64,000 nucleotides of DNA from an uncultured Nitrospiraceae bacterium (GTDB lineage Bacteria; Nitrospirota; Thermodesulfovibrionia; Thermodesulfovibrionales; Dissulfurispiraceae): positions 352,001 through 416,000 of the forward strand of contig CAVPIW010000005.1 in NCBI GenBank assembly GCA_963705105.1, written 5' to 3'. This document shows, piece after piece, positions 1 to 9,508 of this stretch (positions within the stretch are counted from its first letter, which is position 1; every line of letters starts with the position of its first letter). The position numbers were made by a program, and so were the translations under genes. The notes under the pieces are model-generated. The model had not been told where the DNA came from. It searched no databases and worked only from the letters and a program-made list of their open reading frames with translations.

Positions 1-122
1 TCCCACTCCTGCGAGGGCACTGTGGAAAGCGTCACGGACCGGCCGTATTTCCGGCTCAGCTCATTCAGCCATACCCAGCTATTGATTTCGTAGATGATCG
101 GATGTTTCGGCCATGGTTTCAT
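1..122 (-). CDS. alpha-amylase family glycosyl hydrolase, N-terminal part (runs off window start)
   Basis: Own translation MKPWPKHPIIYEINSWVWLNELSRKYGRSVTLSTVPSQEW resembles the YEIN-x-WL start of a GH13 subfamily; GGAGG upstream; not in ORF track because truncated. Confidence 0.65.
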   Translation of the reverse strand, partial: MKPWPKHPIIYEINSWVWLNELSRKYGRSVTLSTVPSQEW

Positions 123-240
123 ATCTTTGCCCTCCGTTCCGGTTTCTTTCGCGTGAAGGCCCCGCCCTTGCCTGCTTCGTCCTCGCCATGGTTGCCTTCG
201 CTGTTCGTGAGCCCGAAGAGACGCTCTTTGAGAATGGGGT

Positions 241-325
241 CCTTCATTGCTAATTGGACATCTTTTCCGACACTGACACTGACACTCACACTGACACTGT
301 TTTCAGAGTGCTTCGCCCCGCCTTG
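241..325 (+). repeat. Truncated copy of palindromic element family 1 with (ACACTG)n core
   Basis: TAATTGGACATC is shared with the left end of the 44635-44850 copy; GACACTGACACTGACACTCACACTGACACTG core; right arm GCTTCGCCCCGCCTT. Confidence 0.7.
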
Positions 326-350
326 CCGCTAATATCCGCTATGCTTGCGG

Positions 351-890
351 CTACCCCCCTGCCAGGGACATCGTCACATGCACGACGTCATCCTCCCGCG
401 TCTCTTTGACGGGCAGACCGCTCTTGGCGAACACCCTCAGCATCGCCTTGTTCCCGGGCAAAACATCGGCCTCGAAAGCCGCTATGCCTTTGTCGCGGGC
501 TATACCGGTGAGGTGACCCATGATTCTGCCGGCGATGCCGAGGCCGTGATAGTCCTCTTCGACGATGAACGCCACCTCTGCGTTGCGCAAACCGCCGGGG
601 GCGTTATAGGCGAAGTAACGTCCCCCGCCGATGATCGTTTCGTCCTGCCCTTCGCCCTTCGTCATCACCAGGGCGACGACGTTCTCGAAATCCACATCGG
701 TGATCCCCCTGAGCTCCTCTTCGGTCAATGCTTCCTTGTACCTGAACAGGCGGGTATAGACGGACTCCCGCTCGAGGTTGCTGAATGCGCCGGCGATCCT
801 GTCCCTGTCATCGGGCCTGATCGCCCTGACGGCAACGACCGTGCCGTTTTTTAGGGTCTCCGAAACACTGTAATTCCGCGCGTCGATCAT
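351..890 (-). CDS. GNAT family N-acetyltransferase
   Basis: AEVAFIVEEDYHGLGIAG acetyl-CoA motif, NKAMLRVF; AAGGAG RBS before ATG 890. Confidence 0.85.
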   Translation of the reverse strand: MIDARNYSVSETLKNGTVVAVRAIRPDDRDRIAGAFSNLERESVYTRLFRYKEALTEEELRGITDVDFENVVALVMTKGEGQDETIIGGGRYFAYNAPGGLRNAEVAFIVEEDYHGLGIAGRIMGHLTGIARDKGIAAFEADVLPGNKAMLRVFAKSGLPVKETREDDVVHVTMSLAGG

Positions 891-945
891 TGTCGCTTCT
901 CCTTTTTTCCCCGGCATATGAGGCGGCACTCACCTCATTCCCGGT

Positions 946-2175
946 CTACTTGTGAACAGCGCCGGCCGGTTGCAGAAAACCCGGCGGCGTCTTCTGCCAC
1001 GGATACCCCTTTGCCGCCATATTGTATCCCACTTCAAAAAGCTGACGCATGTATGCCGTATCGAAATCCTCCTTCTTCGGCACATTGAAACTCGACGGGA
1101 TGTAGGCCAGGTGATAATCGAGGCCGTCTTGCTGAGCCGTCAGGTAGATCCGATAGAGGTCGCCGATGCCCTGAGTGTGAATCAGTGCCCCGATGGCCCG
1201 CCCGGCAATGGTCAGCGTCCGGCGATCCACCTGGGCCCACTCGGGGTCAAGCCGGCTGTTGCGGATGATGTAAAGCTTTCTTTCCCTCACCTCACCTCGC
1301 TCCTTCTCAAAGTCTTTCACCTTAGCGCTGATTGCCGGCGGGTAGACGAAGACCTGCGCCATTGTGCCGCCATCCACGTGCATTTCCTGGTATTTCTGCC
1401 CCCCTGCCTCCACATCGATCATCACCGGAGGGAAGGCCCCGGGGATGGCCGCAGAGGCGATCAGGATGCTCCGGAACAGCTCAAGCGCCCCGGGATGGCC
1501 GCTCACGGCAATCTTGGTCATATTCCAGATGAGCCCCTGGCGGGCATCGAGGTCCACAGTGGCCACCAGGAGGAAGCGCCCCTTCTTGTACTCGGCCCCG
1601 ATTGCGTCAAGCATCTTCTGGTCCACCGCCTTTCCAACCAGTCCCCATAAGGGCCGGTTGTCGGCCATGGCGTCATCGGTAAGGGCTGACAGCATGCTTC
1701 GTTTCTCCAGGATGTCCTTGGGGGATATGTTTGTGTAGAACTCCTTCAGCTGGGCGTCGTATGACGGCCCCAGAAAGGCAAAGGGGGCGATCAGGGCCCC
1801 GGTGCTGATGCCCGTCACCAGCTTGAACACCGGCCGGTCCCCGGCTGCTGTCCATCCACAGAGCAGCCCCGCGCCGAACGCACCATTGTCGCCCCCGCCG
1901 GAGACTGCAAGATAGACCGCCGGTGGAAGCGGACCGGAATGTCCGCTCGCTGCAAGCAGCTCCTGCTCACGCCTGTAAGAATCGAGGCCTTCCTGCGACA
2001 TGGCAGCCATGTCTCTGGCGACGCCGACGCGGTAACGAACATCAGCAAGCCCGGGCACCTGTGCCTGATCCTCCAGGCCCATGGGAACCGCGGCCTGACG
2101 CGTCGGTGTGGCGCAGCCCTGCAGGGCCATGACAAAGATCGCGAGCACAACCATGATAAATCTGGAACAGTTCAT
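946..2175 (-). CDS. Patatin-like phospholipase, predicted lipoprotein
   Basis: SGGGDNG, GISTG nucleophile and DGG motifs; lipobox LQGC; AGGAGG RBS. Confidence 0.9.
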   Translation of the reverse strand: MNCSRFIMVVLAIFVMALQGCATPTRQAAVPMGLEDQAQVPGLADVRYRVGVARDMAAMSQEGLDSYRREQELLAASGHSGPLPPAVYLAVSGGGDNGAFGAGLLCGWTAAGDRPVFKLVTGISTGALIAPFAFLGPSYDAQLKEFYTNISPKDILEKRSMLSALTDDAMADNRPLWGLVGKAVDQKMLDAIGAEYKKGRFLLVATVDLDARQGLIWNMTKIAVSGHPGALELFRSILIASAAIPGAFPPVMIDVEAGGQKYQEMHVDGGTMAQVFVYPPAISAKVKDFEKERGEVRERKLYIIRNSRLDPEWAQVDRRTLTIAGRAIGALIHTQGIGDLYRIYLTAQQDGLDYHLAYIPSSFNVPKKEDFDTAYMRQLFEVGYNMAAKGYPWQKTPPGFLQPAGAVHK

Positions 2176-2269
2176 TGAAGTCCTCCTATGCGCAATATCG
2201 GTTTTGCGCAGATGGCACGTCCGGGAACGGTCCTGGTGGCGGATGAAAGCAGCTCCGGGCATCGACCGT

Positions 2270-2929
2270 TCACTCGTTCAGTTCAGAATCTTTCAAAAAC
2301 GTTGTCCCCCCCCAGTTCGCCTGGAGCAGGAGCCCCTTGTCCGTAATCTGGTAGACCTTTATGTAGGGGTTGAAAGAGACCGCCTCGGCGGCCCCCGCTT
2401 CCTTGTCGCCCATCTTTACCACGGCATCTGCCGAGGCGCCTGCGTCCATCCCGATCGTGGTGAACTGGTCGAAGACGGTCTTGTTTTTGAAGACCAGGAC
2501 CATGCGGTAATCCTTGTACCCGACTCCCGGCCCCGTCCCCGCCTTCATCATGGTCATATACGTCGCCTTGCCGGACGCATTGTCAACAGCGATACCCTTG
2601 CCCTTGACACCGACGAACAGGACGACGTTGATCCCCGTGGCATCGAACACCGCGTAGCCCGTGGCACTCTTGATTTCGGTCTTCGCGTCGGGATTTGTCT
2701 TGTAAAGCTGCTCGAGTGTCCTGTCTTTCATAGCCATGACGGCCCGCCGCTTTTCTTCCTTCTTCGGGTCCTTCTTCGGCTGCTCCCCGGTGTCATTTGT
2801 TGCCGCGTCGGCGGGTGCGGATGCCGCTTTCTGATTGACCGCTTTTTTCTCCGCTGCCGGGAGGGAGGACAGACCGGCGGATAGACAGAAGGCTACCAAA
2901 AGAACTAACGTCACAACATATCTATTCAT
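2270..2929 (-). CDS. YSC84/SYLF-related lipid-binding secreted protein
   Basis: Signal peptide; GYAVF...GKGIAV...GPGVG pattern; paralog of 2993-3565. Confidence 0.75.
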   Translation of the reverse strand: MNRYVVTLVLLVAFCLSAGLSSLPAAEKKAVNQKAASAPADAATNDTGEQPKKDPKKEEKRRAVMAMKDRTLEQLYKTNPDAKTEIKSATGYAVFDATGINVVLFVGVKGKGIAVDNASGKATYMTMMKAGTGPGVGYKDYRMVLVFKNKTVFDQFTTIGMDAGASADAVVKMGDKEAGAAEAVSFNPYIKVYQITDKGLLLQANWGGTTFLKDSELNE

Positions 2930-2964
2930 GCAGAATACCCCTTTAACTACATATTTTATAGTAC

Positions 2965-2992
2965 AGAAACCGGGACGCCTGAAGGCATCCCG
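2965..2992 (-). terminator. Possible intrinsic terminator hairpin
   Basis: CGGGATGCC-TTCA-GGCGTCCCG followed by GTTTCT on the minus strand, right after the stop at 2993. Confidence 0.45.
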
Positions 2993-3565
2993 CTAATTCA
3001 ACTCATCGTTCTTGTAGTACTTCGTCCCTTTTGCCGTGATCTCGGCAGCCAGGCCCGTGTCCGTGAGCTGATACATCCAGACCCCCGGGGACACGGAGGC
3101 GGCCCCGGCCATGGCCGCACCCTTCCGGTCGACTTTCGCCGCTGCCGTGGTCTGTCCGCCGAACTCCCATCCCTTGTTGACAAAGCCGTCCAGGGCCGCG
3201 GCGTTGTCGAAGACGAAGATGACGCTGAACTTCTTGACCCCGAAACCGAGGCCGGCCTGAACCTCGACCATCTTCATGAAGGTCTCTTTCTTCGTCGTAT
3301 TGCTCACTGCCACGCCTTTGCCTGAACCGCCGCCTGCAACAAAGATCTTGGTGCCGAAGTTGCTGAAGACGGCGTATCCGGCCGAGCGCCCGATTTCGTT
3401 CTTCGCAGAAGGCTGCAGCCTGTACAGACGCGAAAGCGTCTGCTTTGCCATCTTCCTGATCTCCTGCCTCTCGCTCTCCTTCGAGGCGGACTCAGCCGCC
3501 AACGGGAGGGTAACAAACAGGAGCACTGCAATTGCCGCTGTCATACTCCGCAGAAAACTATTCAT
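2993..3565 (-). CDS. YSC84/SYLF-related lipid-binding secreted protein
   Basis: Signal peptide; GYAVFSNFG, GGGSGKGVAV, QAGLGFG, GWEFGG. Confidence 0.8.
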   Translation of the reverse strand: MNSFLRSMTAAIAVLLFVTLPLAAESASKESERQEIRKMAKQTLSRLYRLQPSAKNEIGRSAGYAVFSNFGTKIFVAGGGSGKGVAVSNTTKKETFMKMVEVQAGLGFGVKKFSVIFVFDNAAALDGFVNKGWEFGGQTTAAAKVDRKGAAMAGAASVSPGVWMYQLTDTGLAAEITAKGTKYYKNDELN

Positions 3566-3622
3566 GTCACGCACCCCTTTCACGATTCCTCATGATCAGT
3601 TCATAGATCCTGCCCCGGTGTC

Positions 3623-4021
3623 TCACTGAAGAGTCGTGCAGGCGCCGAAGATCACGAAGGCCGATTCCATGCCTGCCATCGTGACCGTCATCTTCCCTGT
3701 TTCACGGTCAAGGATGAAGGCCCATCCGTAGCCGAGCTCGAAACCCTGGAGTGTAATCTGCTCGTCGCTCTTTTCCATCAGGCGTATCTCCGTGGTCCTC
3801 CTGGGTCCGACGATTACTTTCTTGCCGAAGTCGACGCGCATGAACTGGGGGGCGCCGAAGCTCTCTGGCAGCCCTTTCTCGCATGCCTCTCCGGGCTCGC
3901 AGCCGATGGCCTCGACGCTCGCACAGAGGAGCGTCTTCGTACCGTCGAAGTCCTCAGTGGCCCAGGCCGGCAGACTGACACACAGAAGACCGGTGATGAA
4001 CAGACATAGAAGTGATTTCAC
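3623..4021 (-). CDS. Hypothetical secreted protein (Cys-containing)
   Basis: GTG start after AAGGAGG; signal peptide ending PAWA; C-terminal FGAC. Confidence 0.7.
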   Translation of the reverse strand: MKSLLCLFITGLLCVSLPAWATEDFDGTKTLLCASVEAIGCEPGEACEKGLPESFGAPQFMRVDFGKKVIVGPRRTTEIRLMEKSDEQITLQGFELGYGWAFILDRETGKMTVTMAGMESAFVIFGACTTLQ

Positions 4022-4043
4022 GAGGACATCCTCCTTCAGACTC

Positions 4044-4553
4044 TTACTTGACCACATAGCCGCGGCCCTCCATGCATGCGCCGAAGGCGCGGTTGAAGCT
4101 CTGGAGCGTCGATGACTTCGCCTGTTCAGCCTGCTGCTGCTGCGCCGCCTTGTTCTTTCTCGCCTGGTGCCCTCCCGCCATGGTTCCCACAACGGCGCCG
4201 GTCGCCGCGCCTTTGCCGGTATCTCCGGCGATGGCGCCCACCGCCGCACCCCCGACGGCGCCGCGCGCCGCGCCGCGGGCCCGCTCGCCTCCGCCTGCGG
4301 CAGGTCCTGACGGCGGAGGAGGAGTGTTGGCCACAGCCACCGGGTCGATACCGGTCTGCTGTTTGGCCCAGGCATAGCACTCACCTTCATCTTTGTTCTG
4401 CTGTGAAGCCGACTGACCCTTCGACGGGTAGGGGACCACGCCGAGTGACGACGAGATGGACTGCTGGGCGGCGGCCAAACCCCAGGAAGCCAGAAGGGCG
4501 ACGCACAGCACCAGTACAATACACGTCAACTGTCTGCTTCTGTTTTGTAGCAT
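4044..4553 (-). CDS. Glycine-zipper (YMGG-like) secreted protein
   Basis: Signal peptide, DEGECYAWA, GAARGAVGGAAVGAIAG zipper, ACMEGRGY end; GGAGG RBS. Confidence 0.8.
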   Translation of the reverse strand: MLQNRSRQLTCIVLVLCVALLASWGLAAAQQSISSSLGVVPYPSKGQSASQQNKDEGECYAWAKQQTGIDPVAVANTPPPPSGPAAGGGERARGAARGAVGGAAVGAIAGDTGKGAATGAVVGTMAGGHQARKNKAAQQQQAEQAKSSTLQSFNRAFGACMEGRGYVVK

Positions 4554-4651
4554 CCGTACTCCTCCTTCATAAAATTGCGTACCCCATGACGACCGGCAGT
4601 CGCCGGCCCGGGATGGCACGACCTGATTCCTGTAACAAAAGACCTGTTTTC

Positions 4652-4712
4652 TGTCACTCCCGCTTGCCGGGAGTCCTTCCCTGAGAAAGATGCCGGACGA
4701 GCCGGAATGACA
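4652..4712 (+). repeat. GTCATTCC-type REP-like palindrome, copy 1
   Basis: TGTCACTCCCGC...GAGAAAGATGCCGGACGAGCCGGAATGACA; 3' half nearly identical to 5261-5342. Confidence 0.8.
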
Positions 4713-4742
4713 ATGCATGAGACATTGCCTCTGCATCCTTCA

Positions 4743-5216
4743 TTATTTCAACAGCGGCACTTCCTTGGCCAACTCGTACTTCACGATCGCCTCAATCTTG
4801 TTTTCGAGCTGATAATAGCGGGCCACCTTTTTGGCAGGCAGCACCTTGCTGAACCTGGGCAGGAAAGAAGCCTTGAGGTCTGCCCGCTCCTTCTCAAGCG
4901 CCACGAGGTCCTTGACGATTGCGCCGGCCTTCTCGTCCGTCATCTTCTCGTAGTTCGAAAGGTAATCATCGATAAGCTTGATCGTCCTTTCGTTGAGCTT
5001 CATCTTGGCCTGCTGGAACTCGTTGTACAAGGGCCAGAAGGCCTGGCTCTCGGCCTCTGTGAACTGCATGTTGTCGGCGACGATCGCCTTCTTTCCCGTC
5101 TGGAGCTGCGAGCGTATCAGCTCCTCCTCGTCAGCCTGAGTCTGGGCAAACAGCGCCGCAGGGATAATGATCATACACAATACCATCAATACGAACACAA
5201 CACTTCTTTTCATCAT
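4743..5216 (-). CDS. Hypothetical secreted helical protein
   Basis: Signal peptide, AFWPLYNEF motif, AAGGAGG RBS. Confidence 0.75.
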   Translation of the reverse strand: MMKRSVVFVLMVLCMIIIPAALFAQTQADEEELIRSQLQTGKKAIVADNMQFTEAESQAFWPLYNEFQQAKMKLNERTIKLIDDYLSNYEKMTDEKAGAIVKDLVALEKERADLKASFLPRFSKVLPAKKVARYYQLENKIEAIVKYELAKEVPLLK

Positions 5217-5260
5217 CACATCCTCCTTTATCGATTTGGTCCATTGTGCAATCTCATGCT

Positions 5261-5342
5261 TGTCATTCCCGCAATCCCGCATCCTATGCGGGGGCGTCGG
5301 GAATCCTTCCATGAGAAAGATTCCGGACGAGCCGGAATGACA
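5261..5342 (+). repeat. GTCATTCC-type REP-like palindrome, copy 2
   Basis: TGTCATTCCCGC...GGGAATCC...GATTCCGGACGAGCCGGAATGACA. Confidence 0.8.
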
Positions 5343-5452
5343 AAAAACGATCTCCGAATATTTGCCGTTTGTGCGCGTCCTCCGTCGTCACGATCCTCCT
5401 TTATTCACGCATTTCCTCTCTTCATTTCTATGTGTTCAGGGACTAATGCGGC

Positions 5453-7951
5453 CTACTCTCCTCCGGGTTTAATATCCCAGATGTTCTTACAGTATTCCCG
5501 TATGGAGCGGTCGGAAGAAAACTTCCCCATGCGTGCCACATTCAGGATGGACATGCGGGACCACTGTTCCCGGTCGCGATAGGCCGAGCTCAGCCTGTCC
5601 TGGCAATCGATGTAGGACTGATAGTCTGCCAGGAGCATGAACGGGTCATAGCCCAGCAGGCTGTCGACAAGGGGCTTGAAGAGTCCCGCGTCTCCTTCCG
5701 AAAAGTATCCCGAGCGCACCTGGTCGATCGCTTCCCTGAGTTGTTCGTTCGTCTCGTAATGGCTCCGCGGATTGTAGCCTCCCTCCCGCAGGCTCAGCAC
5801 CTCTCCGGCGGTCAGGCCGAAGAGGAAAAAGTTCTCGGGCCCTACCTCTTCGCGGATCTCGACGTTTGCGCCGTCGAGGGTGCCGATGGTGAGGGCGCCG
5901 TTCATGGAGAACTTCATGTTTCCCGTGCCCGAGGCCTCCTTCCCGGCCGTCGATATCTGCTCCGAGAGATCTGCCGCAGGATAGACATGGTGAGCGTTCT
6001 TCACGTTGAAGTCAGGGAAGAAGATGACCTTCAGCCGACCGGCCACGTCGGGGTCGTTGTTCACCACATCGGCCACGGAATTGATCAGCTTGATGATCAG
6101 CTTGGCCATGAAATAGCCGGGGGCGGCCTTGCCGCCGAAGATGACCGTGCGGGGGACGATCTCCTGCCCGGGGTCCTTCTTGATCCTGTTGTACAGGGTT
6201 ATTATGTGGAGCACGTTCAGGTGCTGCCGCTTGTACTCATGGAGCCGCTTCACCTGTATGTCGAACATCGAATCGGGGTCCGTGGCGACGCCGGACCTTT
6301 CCTTCATGATCGCCGCAAGCCTGTCCTTATTGCTGCGCTTGATCTTTTGCCACTCTTGCCGGAATCCGGCATCGTCTGCGAAGGGTTCGATTTTCCTGAT
6401 CTCGTCTTCAAAGTGTTTGATCCAGCCGTCACCGATTTTCCGGGTGAGCAGTTCCGTGAGTCCCGGGTTGCTCAGGGCTATCCACCGCCGGGGGGTGACC
6501 CCGTTTGTGACGTTCATGAAGCGCTCGGGATAGAAGTCGTACAGGTCCTTCATGACTGTCCTGGTGAGGAGATCGGAGTGCAGCGCCGCCACCCCGTTGA
6601 CCCGGTGGCTTCCCACAGCGGCAAGATGGGCCATGCGGACGTACTTCTCCCCGCTCTCGTCGATCAGCGAGAGGCGTGATGCCAGTCCGTCATCACCGGG
6701 GAACCTCAGGCGGACTTCATCGAGAAACCGCCTGTTGATCTCATAGATGATTTCCATGTGGCGGGGAAGGGAGCGGCTGAAAAGCTGCAGGGACCATTTC
6801 TCGAGCGCCTCGGGCAGCAGTGTATGGTTGGTATATGCCATGGTCTGCCGGGTTATCTGCCATGCCCTGTCCCATTCCATGATGTGCTCATCCAGGAGGA
6901 GCCGCATCAGCTCTGCAACGGCAATGGAAGGATGGGTGTCGTTGAGCTGAACGGAAAAACTCTCGTGGAATGTATCGAGGCTCCTCCCCCGCTGGAGATG
7001 AATGCGGATCATGTCCTGAAGGGAGCAGGAGACGAAGAAATACTGCTGTCCAAGACGGAGTGTCTTCCCTATTTCCGGTTCGTCGTTCGGGTAAAGGACC
7101 TTGCTCACTGTCTCGGAAATGACCTTCTCGTTCACGGCCTTGTAGTAGTCGCCGACATTGAAGGACTCGAAGTCGAAGGACTCGACGGCCTCAGATTTCC
7201 AAAGCCTGAGCAGGTCTATAAGGTCGCCCCGGTAGGACGAGACGGGCGTGTCGTGGGCAATGCCTTTGACGACGCGGTGGGGAACCCAGCGCACCCTGAA
7301 ATTTCCCTGTTCGTCATGAAACTGTTCTGTCCGGCCGCCGAAATTCACATAATAGGAGACCTCCGGCCTGCAGATCTCCCAGGGATTTCCGAAGCGAAGC
7401 CACTTGTCGGTCTTCTCTACCTGCCATCCGTCACGGATCTCCTGATCGAAGATGCCGAACTCATACCGCAGACCGTACCCGATGGCCGGCACGCCAATCG
7501 ACGCGAGGGAATCCATGTAGCAGGCAGCGAGCCTGCCGAGGCCGCCGTTGCCGAGTCCCGGCTCCTCCTCCTGGGCAAGCAGGTCGTCCAGCTCCAGGCC
7601 GAGCTCTTTCAACGCCTCCCGCATGGAGTCGGTCATGTCCAGGTTCAGCAGATTGTTTCCCAGGTGGGGACCCATCAGAAACTCGGCGGAGAGGTAGCAG
7701 GCGATCTTCACATCAGGGCGGGAAATCTCCCTGAGGGAACGCAAAAAGCGTTCGAGCATATGGTCCCGCACCGTATGGGCCACTGCCATATACCAGTCGT
7801 TCGGCGTGGCAAGTTCCGGAAGGCGTCCCTGGACGTAATAGAGGTTATCGAGGACAGCCTGTTTGACGGAGGAAACGCCGGTCCCTGTCCGGGCATTCCT
7901 GTCTGTTCCGACAGATGATGAACCGCTCATATTTGCTGATCCTTTCGCCAT
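5453..7951 (-). CDS. glgP: Glycogen/starch phosphorylase
   Basis: GLGNGGLGRLAAC, QLNDTHP, KRLHEYKRQ, EASGTGNMK (PLP lysine). Confidence 0.97.
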   Translation of the reverse strand: MAKGSANMSGSSSVGTDRNARTGTGVSSVKQAVLDNLYYVQGRLPELATPNDWYMAVAHTVRDHMLERFLRSLREISRPDVKIACYLSAEFLMGPHLGNNLLNLDMTDSMREALKELGLELDDLLAQEEEPGLGNGGLGRLAACYMDSLASIGVPAIGYGLRYEFGIFDQEIRDGWQVEKTDKWLRFGNPWEICRPEVSYYVNFGGRTEQFHDEQGNFRVRWVPHRVVKGIAHDTPVSSYRGDLIDLLRLWKSEAVESFDFESFNVGDYYKAVNEKVISETVSKVLYPNDEPEIGKTLRLGQQYFFVSCSLQDMIRIHLQRGRSLDTFHESFSVQLNDTHPSIAVAELMRLLLDEHIMEWDRAWQITRQTMAYTNHTLLPEALEKWSLQLFSRSLPRHMEIIYEINRRFLDEVRLRFPGDDGLASRLSLIDESGEKYVRMAHLAAVGSHRVNGVAALHSDLLTRTVMKDLYDFYPERFMNVTNGVTPRRWIALSNPGLTELLTRKIGDGWIKHFEDEIRKIEPFADDAGFRQEWQKIKRSNKDRLAAIMKERSGVATDPDSMFDIQVKRLHEYKRQHLNVLHIITLYNRIKKDPGQEIVPRTVIFGGKAAPGYFMAKLIIKLINSVADVVNNDPDVAGRLKVIFFPDFNVKNAHHVYPAADLSEQISTAGKEASGTGNMKFSMNGALTIGTLDGANVEIREEVGPENFFLFGLTAGEVLSLREGGYNPRSHYETNEQLREAIDQVRSGYFSEGDAGLFKPLVDSLLGYDPFMLLADYQSYIDCQDRLSSAYRDREQWSRMSILNVARMGKFSSDRSIREYCKNIWDIKPGGE

Positions 7952-8007
7952 GACGTATCTCCTTTTCAGGTGATGACCGCAGGTGCATGCTCTATCTATA
8001 ATTCATT

Positions 8008-8198
8008 GGTGTCCAAAAGAACGTGACACGAGGATAGGGCATGCTTTCTCCGCAAGATAGACGTTGTCGCACACACACTCTGCGGCTTGCGCCTTCGACT
8101 CCCGCCGCCGTTCACGTTACCCGTGAATTTTGATTCAGAAACCACACCCTATCCTCGCTTTCAAGGTCCCGCTGCAAGATATTTTGGACAGGGGCGAC
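8008..8198 (+). repeat. Palindromic shell element (family 2), copy 1
   Basis: Arms TGTCCAAAA...CGAGGATAGGGCATGCTTTCT and AGAAACCACACCCTATCCTCG...TTTTGGACA; both arms match 39869-40198 in reverse. Confidence 0.8.
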
Positions 8199-8258
8199 TC
8201 ATACTATATAGTATAGCGTATTATTTCACTCCCGGCCCTATACGAGCGGGCCACCGGA

Positions 8259-9449
8259 TCACGGCCGTATCCAGGCGCTGCCGAACTGCACATAGATCGC
8301 GGCATCGGGGCCGAAGGCCACGTCCACACCCATGTGCAGCCCGTATTTGCGAGCCAGCTCGTAACGAAAGCCCATGCCACCCGTCACCACATCGAGCGTG
8401 TTTTCGACGCGCTTGAAATCGTTCCATGCCAGGCCGGCGCCGGCAAAGCCGACGAGGCTGAAGCGCTTCCAGAGCTGCCACCTCAACTCCGCCTCGATCT
8501 GCGCCACGTGATCACCCTGGTAGCGCATGAGCTGCGCCCCGCGCAGGGCGATGAAGGGCCGCAAATAGAAGGGCACGTCGCCGAAGCTCATGACGGCGTC
8601 GCACCTTACCCCGAGCACCAGTTCCGGACGCAGGGCCAGGAAGCGCATCGCCGTCAGATTGACACGCTGGAACTCGTCGTCTCCTCCCAGGGCCTGGCTG
8701 AACAACCCCGCCGACGCCTCGAGATAGGCGCCGCGCGCCGGGGTGAAGATGGTGTCCCGTGAATCGTAGATGAGCGACGTCGTCAAACCGCCCACGCGGG
8801 ACTCACTCCGGAAATCGGGCAGGCGGGGCGTTGCAGGCGGCGCGTCAAAGGAGATCTTCGTCGTGGCGAAGGCGTACCCGAGTCCGACCGAAACCCGTGA
8901 ACCGCCGAGCCTGTACTTCACGTGCACGAGGCCGCCCAGGGGCTCGAGGTTGTACGTGAGCGGGTTATCCTTCAGCACGTCGTCCCGTCCGATGCCGTAA
9001 AAGTCGAGATTGACCGATGCATAGATCAGTCCCGCGAGCGTCTGCAGCCGGTCGTCCAGCCAGTGCCGGACGTCACCGGCCAGCACACCCCAGGTGCCGT
9101 TTTCCGTCGCGAGTCCTCCCACCACGGTGAGGTTCGGCCTCCCGAAGCCGTCTGCCGCTTCGCCGACGGGTTTGTCAATGAACACCAGGCCGCCTGCGGC
9201 GCCATAGCCGACGGCCGGCTCGGTGACGGGCATCACCACCGGCACGAAGCCGTAGGCCTGGTCAAGGAAACCGCTGACATCCAGCCAGCCGTCCTCGGAG
9301 GAGCGGAACTTTGACGGGGCGTGAGTGGTTCCGGCAGCCTGCGACGGCTCTTTGTTCACATCAGTTTCTGAGGCTGACGCAACGGCTGCCGACAAGATGA
9401 CCATCAACAGAATAACCCACCCCGCGCGCCTCACCATGGCCGTTCTCAT
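8259..9449 (-). CDS. Omp85/BamA-TamA family barrel-only outer membrane protein
   Basis: Signal peptide, YDSRDTIFTP, LRG..MRYQG motif, GFRY, C-terminal aromatic strand; start could be 9512. Confidence 0.8.
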   Translation of the reverse strand: MRTAMVRRAGWVILLMVILSAAVASASETDVNKEPSQAAGTTHAPSKFRSSEDGWLDVSGFLDQAYGFVPVVMPVTEPAVGYGAAGGLVFIDKPVGEAADGFGRPNLTVVGGLATENGTWGVLAGDVRHWLDDRLQTLAGLIYASVNLDFYGIGRDDVLKDNPLTYNLEPLGGLVHVKYRLGGSRVSVGLGYAFATTKISFDAPPATPRLPDFRSESRVGGLTTSLIYDSRDTIFTPARGAYLEASAGLFSQALGGDDEFQRVNLTAMRFLALRPELVLGVRCDAVMSFGDVPFYLRPFIALRGAQLMRYQGDHVAQIEAELRWQLWKRFSLVGFAGAGLAWNDFKRVENTLDVVTGGMGFRYELARKYGLHMGVDVAFGPDAAIYVQFGSAWIRP

Positions 9450-9508
9450 CGTCTGAACCTTTCGGTTACGCGAAAAGACGGGAGGAGCGAAGCTCCTCCC
9501 ATGAGGAG

